In this document: piece by piece, positions 1-10,451 of the stretch | Numbering within the stretch: the stretch's first letter is position 1 | Layout: every line of letters begins with the position of its first letter | Source: Escherichia phage D2 | Direction: 5' to 3' (one strand) | Sequence record: OM475427 | DNA length: 49,197 nucleotides | Program-made: the position numbers and the translations under genes | Notes under the pieces: model-generated | Told to the model about the DNA's origin: nothing | The model's database searches: none | Seen by the model: only the letters and a program-made list of their open reading frames with translations

Positions 1-1
1 T

Positions 2-451
2 AGTAAGGGCATTGAATCTGTATTTGATACTGCCATGGCAATTCAGTGGTATGCGCAGAGGGAAACTGATATCGAAAACGAAAAGCTCCGCAAAGAACTG
101 GACGATTTGCGTGCGGCAGCGGAGTCAGATTTACAACCCGGCACCATTGACTATGAACGCTACCGGCTCACAAAAGCGCAGGCAGATGCGCAGGAACTGA
201 AAAATGCCCGTGAAGACGGAGTAGTGCTGGAAACTGAACTGTTTACCTTCATTCTGCAACGTGTGGCACAGGAGATTTCGGGGATACTTGTGCGTGTGCC
301 GTTGACATTACAGCGTAAATATCCGGACATTTCACCATCACACCTTGATGTGGTGAAAACTGAAATCGCGAAAGCCTCCAATGTTGCAGCTAAGGCCGGT
401 GAAAACGTGGGCGGGTGGATCGATGATTTCAGACGCGCAGAAGGCAGCTAA
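2..451 (+). CDS. nu1: Terminase small subunit (Nu1-like), 5'-truncated by window start
   Basis: In-frame translation from base 2 reads [30 protein letters not shown]..., homologous but not identical to lambda Nu1 from residue ~35 onward; overlaps the downstream large-subunit gene as in lambda. Confidence 0.8.
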
Positions 452-2351
452 TGCAGCCGGTGCGATAGCTACAGGGCTTTTATCTCTCATTATTCCTGTT
501 CCACTGACGACAGTTCAGTGGGCCAATAAACATTATTACCTTCCTAAAGAGTCGTCTTATACCCCGGGGCGGTGGGAAACACTGCCGTTTCAGCGGGCCA
601 TCATGAATGCGATGGGCAGCGACTACATCCGTGAGGTGAATGTGGTGAAGTCTGCCCGTGTCGGTTATTCCAAAATGCTGCTGGGTGTTTATGCCTACTT
701 TATAGAGCATAAGCAGCGCAACACCCTTATCTGGTTGCCGACGGATGGTGATGCCGAGAACTTTATGAAAACCCACGTTGAGCCGACTATTCGTGATATT
801 CCGTCGCTGCTGGCGCTGGCCCCGTGGTATGGCAAAAAGCACCGGGATAACACGCTCACCATGAAGCGTTTCACTAATGGGCGTGGCTTCTGGTGCCTGG
901 GCGGTAAAGCGGCAAAAAACTACCGTGAAAAGTCGGTGGATGTGGCGGGTTATGATGAACTTGCTGCTTTTGATGATGATATTGAACAGGAAGGCTCTCC
1001 GACGTTCCTGGGTGACAAGCGTATTGAAGGCTCGGTCTGGCCAAAGTCCATCCGTGGCTCCACGCCAAAAGTGAGAGGCACCTGTCAGATTGAGCGTGCA
1101 GCCAGTGAATCCCCGCATTTTATGCGTTTTCATGTTGCCTGCCCGCATTGCGGGGAGGAGCAGTATCTTAAATTTGGCGACAAAGAGACGCCGTTTGGCC
1201 TCAAATGGACGCCGGATGACCCCTCCAGCGTGTTTTATCTCTGCGAGCATAATGCCTGCGTCATCCATCAGTCTGAGCTTGACCAGAGTAACGGGCGGTG
1301 GATCTGTGAAAACACGGGCATGTGGACCCGTGACGGCCTGATGTTTTTCAGCGCCCGGGGTGATGAAATTCCGCCGCCGCGCTCCATCACTTTCCATATC
1401 TGGACGGCGTACAGTCCGTTCACCACCTGGGTACAGATTGTCTATGACTGGCTGGATGCACTGAAAGATCCCAACGGCCTGAAAACCTTTGTGAACACCA
1501 CGCTGGGCGAGACCTGGGAAGAGGCTGTGGGCGAAAAACTCGATCACCAGGTGCTGATGGATAAGGTTGTGCGTTACACGGCGGCGGTGCCTGCCCGGGT
1601 GGTTTATCTGACGGCGGGCATTGACTCGCAGCGAAACCGTTTTGAGATGTATGTCTGGGGATGGGCTCCGGGAGAGGAAGCCTTTCTGGTGGATAAAATC
1701 ATCATTATGGGGCGTCCCGATGAGGAAGAGACGCTGTTACGTGTGGATGCGGCGATCAACAAAAAATACCGCCATGCAGACGGAACCGAAATGACTATTT
1801 CCCGTGTCTGCTGGGACATCGGGGGGATCGATGGCGAAATCGTTTATCAGAGGTCAAAAAAACACGGTGTTTTCCGGGTGCTGCCGGTAAAAGGCGCATC
1901 TGTCTATGGCAAGCCGGTGATCACCATGCCAAAAACCCGCAATCAGCGGGGCGTGTATCTGTGTGAAGTGGGGACGGACACCGCAAAAGAAATTCTCTAT
2001 GCCCGTATGAAAGCCGATCCCACGCCTGTGGATGAAGCCACGTCGTATGCCATCCGTTTTCCTGATGATCCGGATATTTTTTCGCAGACAGAGGCGCAGC
2101 AACTGGTCGCGGAAGAGCTTGTGGAGAAGTGGGAAAAAGGAAAGATGCGTCTGCTGTGGGATAACAAAAAGCGGCGTAACGAAGCGCTGGACTGCCTGGT
2201 GTATGCCTACGCGGCATTACGTGTGTCCGTGCAACGCTGGCAGCTTGATCTGGCTGTACTGGCAAAATCCCGGGAAGAAGAGACGACCCGGCCAACCCTT
2301 AAAGAACTGGCAGCGAAGCTGTCCGGAGGAGTGAATGGTTACAGTCGCTGA
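423..2351 (+). CDS. A: Terminase large subunit gpA
   Basis: ORF 381-2351; long stretches near-identical to lambda gpA (e.g. [75 protein letters not shown]). Start at ATG 423 (MISDAQ...) is a guess; N-terminus differs from lambda. Confidence 0.9.
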
Positions 2352-2541
2352 ACTGCAGGCGCTGCGTCAGGCGCGCCTTGATTTATTAACCGGTAAACGG
2401 GTGGTGTCTGTCCAGAAAGATGGTCGCAGAATTGAATATACGGCGGCTTCTCTGGATGAGCTTAACCGGGCGATCAATGATGCGGAGTCGGTACTGGGGA
2501 CAACCCGGTGTCGCCGTCGTCCGCTGGGAGTGAGGTTATGA
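2335..2541 (+). CDS. W: Head-tail joining protein W
   Basis: 68 aa, same length as lambda W, shared motif LTGKRVVSVQKDGRRIEYTA; overlaps A and B as in lambda. Confidence 0.85.
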   Translation: MVTVAELQALRQARLDLLTGKRVVSVQKDGRRIEYTAASLDELNRAINDAESVLGTTRCRRRPLGVRL

Positions 2542-4127
2542 AACGAACGCCTGTCCTGATTGATGTGAACGGCGTTCCGCTTCGTGAGAGTCTCAGCTAC
2601 AACGGGGGCGGTGCAGGATTTGGCGGGCAAATGGCTGAGTGGTTGCCACCGGCGCAGAGTGCCGATGCGGCCCTGCTGCCCGCGTTGCGTCTGGGGAATG
2701 CCCGGGCAGATGATCTGGTGCGCAATAACGGAATAGCGGCTAATGCGGTGGCTCTGCATAAGGATCACATTGTCGGGCATATGTTTCTGATCAGCTACCG
2801 TCCGAACTGGCGCTGGCTGGGGATGCGGGAGACCGCAGCAAAAAGCTTTGTCGATGAGGTGGAGGCGGCCTGGTCGGAATACGCCGAAGGGATGTTTGGC
2901 GAGATCGACGTGGAAGGAAAACGCACGTTCACGGAATTTATCCGTGAAGGTGTGGGCGTTCATGCGTTTAACGGCGAAATCTTTGTGCAGCCGGTCTGGG
3001 ATACGGAAACCACGCAGTTATTCCGTACGCGTTTTAAAGCCGTGAGTCCGAAACGGGTGGACACGCCTGGACACGGTATGGGGAACCCTTTTCTGCGGGC
3101 CGGTGTGGAGGTCGATCGATATGGCCGTGCCGTCGCGTACCATATCTGTGAGGATGATTTTCCGTTCTCTGGTAGTGGACGATGGGAACGGATCCCGCGT
3201 GAACTTCCCACCGGGCGTCCGGCCATGTTGCATATTTTCGAGCCGGTGGAGGACGGGCAGACCCGTGGGGCTAATCAGTTTTACAGCGTCATGGAACGGC
3301 TGAAGATGCTCGATTCCCTGCAGGCAACACAGCTTCAGTCGGCCATAGTGAAGGCGATGTATGCAGCGACGATTGAAAGTGAACTTGATACCGAAAAGGC
3401 CTTTGAATATATCGCCGGCGCGCCACAGGAGCAGAAGGATAATCCGCTTATTAATATTCTGGAGAAGTTTTCCAGCTGGTATGACACGAATAACGTGACA
3501 CTGGGCGGTGTCAAAATTCCGCACCTTTTCCCTGGTGATGATCTGAAACTACAGACTGCGCAGGATTCAGACAATGGATTTTCTGCGCTTGAACAGGCGC
3601 TGCTGCGGTATATCGCCGCCGGTCTTGGCGTTTCCTACGAACAGTTGTCCCGTGATTACTCGAAGGTCAGTTACTCAAGTGCCCGCGCCTCCGCCAATGA
3701 GTCGTGGCGCTATTTTATGGGGCGGCGAAAATTTATTGCGGCCCGGCTGGCCACGCAGATGTTTTCCTGCTGGCTGGAAGAGGCACTTCTTCGGGGGATT
3801 ATTCGTCCGCCACGGGCACGTTTTGATTTTTATCAGGCGCGATCAGCCTGGTCACGGGCAGAGTGGATTGGTGCCGGAAGAATGGCCATTGACGGGCTCA
3901 AGGAAGTCCAGGAATCAGTGATGCGCATTGAAGCCGGACTGAGTACCTACGAGAAAGAGTGCGCAAAACGCGGTGACGACTATCAGGAAATTTTTGTCCA
4001 GCAGGTCCGTGAAACGATGGAGCGCCGTGCAGCCGGTCTTAAACCGCCCGCCTGGGCGGCTGCAGCATTTGAATCCGGGCTGCGACAATCAACAGAGGAG
4101 GAGAAGAGTGACAGCAGAGCTGCGTAA
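2538..4127 (+). CDS. B: Portal protein B
   Basis: MKRTPVLIDVNGVPLRESLSYNGGGAGFGGQMAEWLPP... essentially lambda gpB; start taken at the MKRTP methionine inside ORF 2508-4127. Confidence 0.9.
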   Translation: MKRTPVLIDVNGVPLRESLSYNGGGAGFGGQMAEWLPPAQSADAALLPALRLGNARADDLVRNNGIAANAVALHKDHIVGHMFLISYRPNWRWLGMRETAAKSFVDEVEAAWSEYAEGMFGEIDVEGKRTFTEFIREGVGVHAFNGEIFVQPVWDTETTQLFRTRFKAVSPKRVDTPGHGMGNPFLRAGVEVDRYGRAVAYHICEDDFPFSGSGRWERIPRELPTGRPAMLHIFEPVEDGQTRGANQFYSVMERLKMLDSLQATQLQSAIVKAMYAATIESELDTEKAFEYIAGAPQEQKDNPLINILEKFSSWYDTNNVTLGGVKIPHLFPGDDLKLQTAQDSDNGFSALEQALLRYIAAGLGVSYEQLSRDYSKVSYSSARASANESWRYFMGRRKFIAARLATQMFSCWLEEALLRGIIRPPRARFDFYQARSAWSRAEWIGAGRMAIDGLKEVQESVMRIEAGLSTYEKECAKRGDDYQEIFVQQVRETMERRAAGLKPPAWAAAAFESGLRQSTEEEKSDSRAA

Positions 4128-5625
4128 TCTCCCGCATATTGCCAGCATGGCCTTTAATGAGCCGCTGATGCTTGAACCCGCCTATGCGCGGGTTTTCTTT
4201 TGTGCGCTTGCAGGCCAGCTTGGGATCAGCAGCCTGACGGATGCGGTGTCCGGCGACAGCCTGACTGCCCAGGAGGCACTCGCGACGCTGGCATTATCCG
4301 GTGATGATGACGGACCACGACAGGCCCGCAGTTATCAGGTCATGAACGGCATCGCCGTGCTGCCGGTGTCCGGCACGCTGGTCAGCCGGACGCGGGCGCT
4401 GCAGCCGTACTCGGGGATGACCGGTTACAACGGCATTGTCGCCTGTCTTCAGCAGGCAATGGCGGATAGCCAGGTGCGGGGCGTACTGCTGGACATTGAC
4501 AGTCCGGGCGGGCAGGCCGCCGGCGCGTTTGACTGCGCTGACATGATTTACCGCCTCCGTCAGCAGAAGCCGGTCTGGGCACTGTGCAATGACACGGCCT
4601 GTTCTGCAGCCATGCTGCTGGCGTCGGCCTGCTCCCGACGGCTGGTTACCCAGACATCCCGTATCGGTTCCATTGGCGTGATGATGAGCCATGTCAGCTA
4701 TGCCGGTCATCTGGCGCAGGCCGGTGTGGATATCACGCTGATTTACTCAGGGGCGCACAAGGTGGATGGCAATCAGTTTGAAGCGTTGCCGGCAGAGGTT
4801 CGCCAGGACATGCAGCAGCGGATTGATGCGGCGCGCCGGATGTTTGCCGAAAAAGTGGCGATGTTTACCGGTCTGTCTGTTGATGCAGTCACAGGAACAG
4901 AGGCCGCTGTTTTTGAAGGTCAGTCCGGCATTGAGGCCGGGCTGGCGGATGAATTAATCAATGCGTCGGATGCCATCAGTGTGATGGCCACGGCGCTGAA
5001 CAGTAATGTCAGAGGAGGCACTATGCCGCAATTAACTGCAACGGAAGCCGCCGCGCAGGAGAACCAGCGAGTGATGGGGATCCTGACATGCCAGGAAGCG
5101 AAAGGACGTGAACAGCTTGCCACGATGCTGGCAGGACAACAGGGCATGAGCGTTGAACAGGCCCGGGCGATTCTGGCCGCGGCGGCACCGCAGCAGCCGG
5201 TGGCATCCACGCAGAGTGAAGCCGATCGCATTATGGCGTGTGAAGAAGCGAACGGTCGTGAACAACTGGCGGCAACGCTGGCGGCGATGCCGGAGATGAC
5301 GGTGGAAAAAGCCCGCCCGATCCTGGCTGCTTCACCGCAGGCGGATGCCGGACCATCACTCCGTGATCAGATCATGGCACTGGATGAGGCAAAAGGGGCT
5401 GAGGTGCAGGCTGAACAGCTGGCTGCCTGCCCGGGAATGACTGTGGAGTGCGCCCGGGCTGTGCTGGCTGCGGGATCAGGTAAGGCAGAACCGGTCTCTG
5501 CATCCACAACCGCCATGTTTGAACATTTCATGGCGAACCATTCACCGGCAGCGGTACAGGGTGGCGTGCCACAGACGTCAGCAGACGGTGATGCGGACGT
5601 GAAAATGCTCATGGCCATGCCATGA
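4108..5625 (+). CDS. C: Head protease/scaffold C (with nested Nu3-like scaffold region), C-terminal part expanded
   Basis: GTG start reading MTAELRNLPHIASMAFNEPLMLEPAYARVFF... as in lambda C (in frame with ORF 3973-5625). C-terminal region holds three diverged copies of the scaffold-like segment that lambda has once. Confidence 0.8.
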   Translation: MTAELRNLPHIASMAFNEPLMLEPAYARVFFCALAGQLGISSLTDAVSGDSLTAQEALATLALSGDDDGPRQARSYQVMNGIAVLPVSGTLVSRTRALQPYSGMTGYNGIVACLQQAMADSQVRGVLLDIDSPGGQAAGAFDCADMIYRLRQQKPVWALCNDTACSAAMLLASACSRRLVTQTSRIGSIGVMMSHVSYAGHLAQAGVDITLIYSGAHKVDGNQFEALPAEVRQDMQQRIDAARRMFAEKVAMFTGLSVDAVTGTEAAVFEGQSGIEAGLADELINASDAISVMATALNSNVRGGTMPQLTATEAAAQENQRVMGILTCQEAKGREQLATMLAGQQGMSVEQARAILAAAAPQQPVASTQSEADRIMACEEANGREQLAATLAAMPEMTVEKARPILAASPQADAGPSLRDQIMALDEAKGAEVQAEQLAACPGMTVECARAVLAAGSGKAEPVSASTTAMFEHFMANHSPAAVQGGVPQTSADGDADVKMLMAMP

Positions 5626-5661
5626 AGCCAGTGCTGACCATCAATAGGAGGTTTTAACAAT

Positions 5662-6009
5662 ATGGTGACGAAAACCATCACTGAACAGCGTGCGGAAGTA
5701 CGTATTTTTGCCGGTAATGATCCGGCTCATACCGCCACAGGCAGCAGCGGGATTTCTTCTGCAACACCGGCTCTGACGCCCCTGATGCTGGATGAAGCCA
5801 CCGGGAAACTGGTGGTCTGGGACGGACAGAAAGCCGGTAGTGCGGTTGGCATACTGGTACTGCCGCTTGAAGGCACAGAGACGGCGCTGACGTATTACAA
5901 GTCGGGAACCTTTGCGACGGAGGCAATCCACTGGCCTGAAAGTGTGGATGAACACAAAAAGGCCAACGCCTTTGCTGGCAGTGCCCTGAGTCACGCGGCG
6001 CTGCCGTAA
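5662..6009 (+). CDS. D: Head decoration protein D
   Basis: 115 aa, lambda D-like (NDPAHTATG..TPLMLD..KLVVWDG..AVGIL..YKSGTF..AFAG), correct position between C and E. Confidence 0.85.
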   Translation: MVTKTITEQRAEVRIFAGNDPAHTATGSSGISSATPALTPLMLDEATGKLVVWDGQKAGSAVGILVLPLEGTETALTYYKSGTFATEAIHWPESVDEHKKANAFAGSALSHAALP

Positions 6010-6066
6010 CACGTTATCAGGCCACCGCGCTGGCCTGACTGATTTCTGAATGAAAGGAACTGATTT

Positions 6067-7095
6067 ATGGGATTGTTTACGACCCGCCAGTTACTCGGTT
6101 ATACCGAACAAAAAGTTAAATTTCGTGCGCTGTTTCTGGAACTGTTTTTCCGCCGTACGGTGAATTTCCATACCGAAGAGGTGATGCTGGACAAAATTAC
6201 CGGAAAAACGCCGGTGGCGGCCTATGTCTCCCCGGTTGTTGAAGGAAAAGTGCTGCGTCATCGTGGTGGTGAAACCCGCGTGTTGCGTCCGGGCTACGTC
6301 AAGCCGAAACACGAATTTAATTACCAGCAGGCGGTTGAGCGCCTTCCTGGGGAAGATCCATCTCAACTGAATGATCCGGCTTACCGCCGTCTGCGTATCA
6401 TTACCGATAACCTCAAACAGGAAGAGCACGCGATTGTCCAGGTGGAAGAAATGCAGGCGGTAAATGCTGTGTTGTATGGCAAATACACCATGGAAGGAGA
6501 CCAGTTCGAGAAAATTGAGGTCGATTTTGGCAGGTCGACGAAGAATAACATCACTCAGGGTAGTGGTAAGGAGTGGTCAAAACAGGATCGTGACACGTTC
6601 GATCCTACACATGATATTGACCTCTACTGCGACCAGGCCAGCGGTCTTGTGAATATTGCCATTATGGACGGTACCGTCTGGCGTCTTCTGAATGGTTTTA
6701 AGCTGTTCCGCGAAAAACTGGATACCCGTCGCGGTTCAAATTCTCAACTCGAAACGGCAGTGAAAGATCTGGGCGCAGTGGTGTCCTTCAAGGGGTATTA
6801 CGGCGATCTGGCCATTGTGGTGGCGAAAATGTCTTATATAGCAGAAGACGGTATCGAAAAACGTTATCTTCCAGATGGCATGCTGGTTCTGGGGAATACT
6901 GCTGCAGATGGGATCCGTTGTTACGGTGCCATTCAGGATGCTCAGGCGTTGTCCGAAGGTGTGGTGGCCTCTTCCCGTTATCCGAAACACTGGCTGACGG
7001 TAGGGGATCCCGCCCGTGAATTTACCATGACGCAGTCCGCGCCGCTGATGGTGTTGCCGGACCCGGATGAGTTTGTGGTGGTACAGGTGAAATAA
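6067..7095 (+). CDS. E: Major capsid protein E
   Basis: 342 aa; length, position and sequence match lambda gpE. Confidence 0.9.
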   Translation: MGLFTTRQLLGYTEQKVKFRALFLELFFRRTVNFHTEEVMLDKITGKTPVAAYVSPVVEGKVLRHRGGETRVLRPGYVKPKHEFNYQQAVERLPGEDPSQLNDPAYRRLRIITDNLKQEEHAIVQVEEMQAVNAVLYGKYTMEGDQFEKIEVDFGRSTKNNITQGSGKEWSKQDRDTFDPTHDIDLYCDQASGLVNIAIMDGTVWRLLNGFKLFREKLDTRRGSNSQLETAVKDLGAVVSFKGYYGDLAIVVAKMSYIAEDGIEKRYLPDGMLVLGNTAADGIRCYGAIQDAQALSEGVVASSRYPKHWLTVGDPAREFTMTQSAPLMVLPDPDEFVVVQVK

Positions 7096-7103
7096 TCCGT
7101 GAG

Positions 7104-7132
7104 CGGGGGCGAAATGCCCCCGTGTCTTTTTT
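7104..7132 (+). terminator. Rho-independent terminator/attenuator after major capsid gene
   Basis: GC stem CGGGGGC/GCCCCCG with GAAAT loop followed by a T-run, 9 nt after the E stop codon. Confidence 0.5.
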
Positions 7133-7146
7133 CACAGGGGGCTGAT

Positions 7147-7521
7147 ATGGCAACGAAAGAGCAAAATCTGAAACGGCTTGATGAACTGGCCCTGATTCTG
7201 GGGCGTGAGCCGGATATATCCGGGAGTGCCGCAGAGATAGCGCAGCGGGTGGCAGAATGGGAAGAGGAAATGCAGTCATCCGGCGATGATGTACAGGTTA
7301 TGAATATGGATATCCGGGAGCGGGAAACCGCGGCTCATGATGTTCGTGAGGAAACATCCGGCGCGTTAACGCGCATCAGAGTTCTGACCTGCCTCCATCT
7401 CTGTGGCGTTGATGGTGAAACGGGGGAATCCGTTGAGCTTGCGGATGTTGGTCGGGTGATTCTGATTATGTCCTCAGATGCAAAAACACACGTTGACAAT
7501 AACGGGAGGCGCTGTGGCTGA
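7147..7521 (+). CDS. FI: DNA packaging/head completion protein FI-like
   Basis: ORF between E and FII; acidic protein in the FI position. Sequence diverges from lambda FI; start chosen at MATKEQNLKRL. Confidence 0.6.
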   Translation: MATKEQNLKRLDELALILGREPDISGSAAEIAQRVAEWEEEMQSSGDDVQVMNMDIRERETAAHDVREETSGALTRIRVLTCLHLCGVDGETGESVELADVGRVILIMSSDAKTHVDNNGRRCG

Positions 7522-7867
7522 TTTCGATAACCTGTTCGATGCTGCCATTGCCCGCGCCGATGAAACGATACGCGGGTACATGGGAACGTCAGCCACCATT
7601 ACATCCGGTGAGCAGTCAGGTGCGGTGATACGTGGTGTTTTTGATGACCCTGAAAATATCAGCTATGCCGGACAGGGCGTGCGCGTTGAAGGCTCCAGCC
7701 CGTCCCTGTTTGTCCGGACTGATGAGGTGCGGCAGCTGCGGCGTGGAGACACGCTGACCATCGGTGAGGAAAATTTCTGGGTAGATCGGGTTTCGCCGGA
7801 TGATGGCGGAAGTTGTCATCTCTGGCTTGGACGGGGCGTACCGCCTGCCGTTAACCGTCGCCGCTGA
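7514..7867 (+). CDS. FII: Head-tail connector FII
   Basis: GTG start; ADFDNLFDAAIARADETIRGYMGTSATITSGEQ... matches lambda FII over its full 117 aa. Confidence 0.85.
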   Translation: MADFDNLFDAAIARADETIRGYMGTSATITSGEQSGAVIRGVFDDPENISYAGQGVRVEGSSPSLFVRTDEVRQLRRGDTLTIGEENFWVDRVSPDDGGSCHLWLGRGVPPAVNRRR

Positions 7868-7878
7868 AAGGGGGATGT

Positions 7879-8457
7879 ATGGCCATAAAAGGTCTTGAGC
7901 AGGCCGTTGAAAACCTCAGCCGTATCAGCAAAACGGCGGTGCCTGGTGCCGCCGCAATGGCCATTAACCGCGTTGCTTCATCCGCGATATCGCAGTCGGC
8001 GTCACAGGTTGCCCGTGAGACAAAGGTACGCCGGAAACTGGTAAAGGAAAGGGCCAGGCTGAAAAGGGCCACGGTCAAAAATCCGCAGGCCAGAATCAAA
8101 GTTAACCGGGGGGATTTGCCCGTAATCAAGCTGGGTAATGCGCGGGTTGTCCTTTCGCGCCGCAGGCGTCGTAAAAAGGGGCAGCGTTCATCCCTGAAAG
8201 GTGGCGGCAGCGTGCTTGTGGTGGGTAACCGTCGTATTCCCGGCGCGTTTATTCAGCAACTGAAAAATGGCCGGTGGCATGTCATGCAGCGTGTGGCTGG
8301 GAAAAACCGTTACCCCATTGATGTGGTGAAAATCCCGATGGCGGTGCCGCTGACCACGGCGTTTAAACAAAATATTGAGCGGATACGGCGTGAACGTCTT
8401 CCGAAAGAGCTGGGCTATGCGCTGCAGCATCAACTGAGGATGGTAATAAAGCGATGA
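7879..8457 (+). CDS. Z: Tail completion protein Z
   Basis: 192 aa, same length and gene order as lambda Z; basic RRRRRKKGQR stretch. Confidence 0.85.
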   Translation: MAIKGLEQAVENLSRISKTAVPGAAAMAINRVASSAISQSASQVARETKVRRKLVKERARLKRATVKNPQARIKVNRGDLPVIKLGNARVVLSRRRRRKKGQRSSLKGGGSVLVVGNRRIPGAFIQQLKNGRWHVMQRVAGKNRYPIDVVKIPMAVPLTTAFKQNIERIRRERLPKELGYALQHQLRMVIKR

Positions 8458-8849
8458 AACATACTGAACTCCGTGCAGCCGTACTGGATGCACTGGAGAA
8501 GCATGACACCGGGGCGACGTTTTTTGATGGTCGCCCCGCTGTTTTTGATGAGGCGGATTTTCCGGCAGTTGCCGTTTATCTCACCGGCGCTGAATACACG
8601 GGCGAAGAGCTGGACAGCGATACCTGGCAGGCGGAGCTGCATATCGAAGTTTTCCTGCCTGCTCAGGTGCCGGATTCAGAGCTGGATGCGTGGATGGAGT
8701 CCCGGATTTATCCGGTGATGAGCGATATCCCGGCACTGTCAGATTTGATCACCAGTATGGTGGCCAGCGGCTATGACTACCGGCGCGACGATGATGCGGG
8801 CTTGTGGAGTTCAGCCGATCTGACTTATGTCATTACCTATGAAATGTGA
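8454..8849 (+). CDS. U: Tail terminator protein U
   Basis: 131 aa, same length and position as lambda U; 4-nt overlap with Z. Confidence 0.85.
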
Positions 8850-8856
8850 GGACGCT

Positions 8857-9597
8857 ATGCCTGTACCAAATCCTACAATGCCGGTGAAAGGTGCCGGGAC
8901 CACCCTGTGGGTTTATAAGGGGAGCGGTGACCCTTACGCGAATCCGCTTTCAGACGTTGACTGGTCGCGTCTGGCAAAAGTTAAAGACCTGACGCCCGGC
9001 GAACTGACCGCTGAGTCCTATGACGACAGCTATCTCGATGATGAAGATGCAGACTGGACTGCGACCGGGCAGGGGCAGAAATCTGCCGGAGATACCAGCT
9101 TCACGCTGGCGTGGATGCCCGGAGAGCAGGGGCAGCAGGCGCTGCTGGCGTGGTTTAATGAAGGCGATACCCGTGCCTATAAAATCCGCTTCCCGAACGG
9201 CACGGTCGATGTGTTCCGTGGCTGGGTCAGCAGTATCGGTAAGGCGGTGACGGCGAAGGAAGTGATCACCCGCACGGTGAAAGTCACCAATGTGGGACGT
9301 CCGTCGATGGCAGAAGATCGCAGCACGGTAACAGCGGCAACCGGCATGACCGTGACGCCTGCCAGCACCTCGGTGGTGAAAGGGCAGAGCACCACGCTGA
9401 CCGTGGCCTTCCAGCCGGAGGGCGTAACCGACAAGAGCTTTCGTGCGGTGTCTGCGGATAAAACAAAAGCCACCGTGTCGGTCAGTGGTATGACCATCAC
9501 CGTGAACGGCGTTGCTGCAGGCAAGGTCAACATTCCGGTTGTATCCGGTAATGGTGAGTTTGCTGCGGTTGCAGAAATTACCGTCACCGCCAGTTAA
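8857..9597 (+). CDS. V: Major tail tube protein V
   Basis: [39 protein letters not shown]... matches lambda gpV, including the C-terminal Ig-like region. Confidence 0.9.
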
Positions 9598-9612
9598 TCC
9601 GGAGAGTCAGCG

Positions 9613-10035
9613 ATGTTCCTGAAAACCGAATCATTTGAACATAACGGTGTGACCGTCACGCTTTCTGAACTGTCAGCCCTGCAGCGCATTGAGCATCTCG
9701 CCCTGATGAAACGGCAGGCAGAACAGGCGGAGTCAGACAGCAACCGGAAGTTTACTGTGGAAGACGCCATCAGAACCGGCGCGTTTCTGGTGGCGATGTC
9801 CCTGTGGCATAACCATCCGCAGAAGACGCAGATGCCGTCCATGAATGAAGCCGTTAAACAGATTGAGCAGGAAGTGCTTACCACCTGGCCCACGGAGGCA
9901 ATTTCTCATGCTGAAAACGTGGTGTACCGGCTGTCTGGTATGTATGAGTTTGTGGTGAATAATGCCCCTGAACAGACAGAGGACGCCGGGCCCGCAGAGC
10001 CTGTTTCTGCGGGAAAGTGTTCGACGGTGAGCTGA
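9613..10035 (+). CDS. G: Tail assembly chaperone G
   Basis: 140 aa, lambda G-like; slippery heptamer GGGAAAG at 10011-10017 near its 3' end. Confidence 0.85.
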   Translation: MFLKTESFEHNGVTVTLSELSALQRIEHLALMKRQAEQAESDSNRKFTVEDAIRTGAFLVAMSLWHNHPQKTQMPSMNEAVKQIEQEVLTTWPTEAISHAENVVYRLSGMYEFVVNNAPEQTEDAGPAEPVSAGKCSTVS

Positions 10036-10451
10036 GTTTTGCCCTGAAACTGGCGCGTGAGATGGGGCGACCCGACTGGCGTGCCATGCTTGCCGGGATG
10101 TCATCCACGGAGTATGCCGACTGGCACCGCTTTTACAGTACCCATTATTTTCATGATGTTCTGCTGGATATGCACTTTTCCGGGCTGACGTACACCGTGC
10201 TCAGCCTGTTTTTCAGCGATCCGGATATGCATCCGCTGGATTTCAGTCTGCTGAACCGGCGCGAGGCTGACGAAGAGCCTGAAGATGATGTGCTGATGCA
10301 GAAAGCGGCAGGGCTTGCCGGAGGTGTCCGCTTTGGCCCGGACGGGAATGAAGTTATCCCCGCTTCCCCGGATGTGGCGGACATGACGGAGGATGACGTA
10401 ATGCTGATGACAGTATCAGAAGGGATCGCAGGAGGAGTCCGGTATGGCTGA
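10017..10451 (+). CDS. T: T portion of the G-T tail assembly chaperone, made by programmed -1 frameshift from G
   Basis: ORF in the -1 frame starting at the GGGAAAG slippery site, the conserved lambdoid gpG/gpGT arrangement upstream of the tape measure gene. Confidence 0.75.
   Translation: MFDGELSFALKLAREMGRPDWRAMLAGMSSTEYADWHRFYSTHYFHDVLLDMHFSGLTYTVLSLFFSDPDMHPLDFSLLNRREADEEPEDDVLMQKAAGLAGGVRFGPDGNEVIPASPDVADMTEDDVMLMTVSEGIAGGVRYG

Noticed and set aside
480-1547. 355-aa ORF on the minus strand
   Set aside because: Lies entirely antisense within the terminase large subunit gene, which has strong lambda homology. A long antisense ORF is expected in GC-rich coding DNA; no independent support.
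3973-4107. Upstream extension of the C ORF (start at 3973)
   Set aside because: The extension overlaps the 3' end of portal gene B in another frame. Lambda C homology begins at the GTG at 4108 (MTAELRNLPHIA), so the extension is probably not translated.
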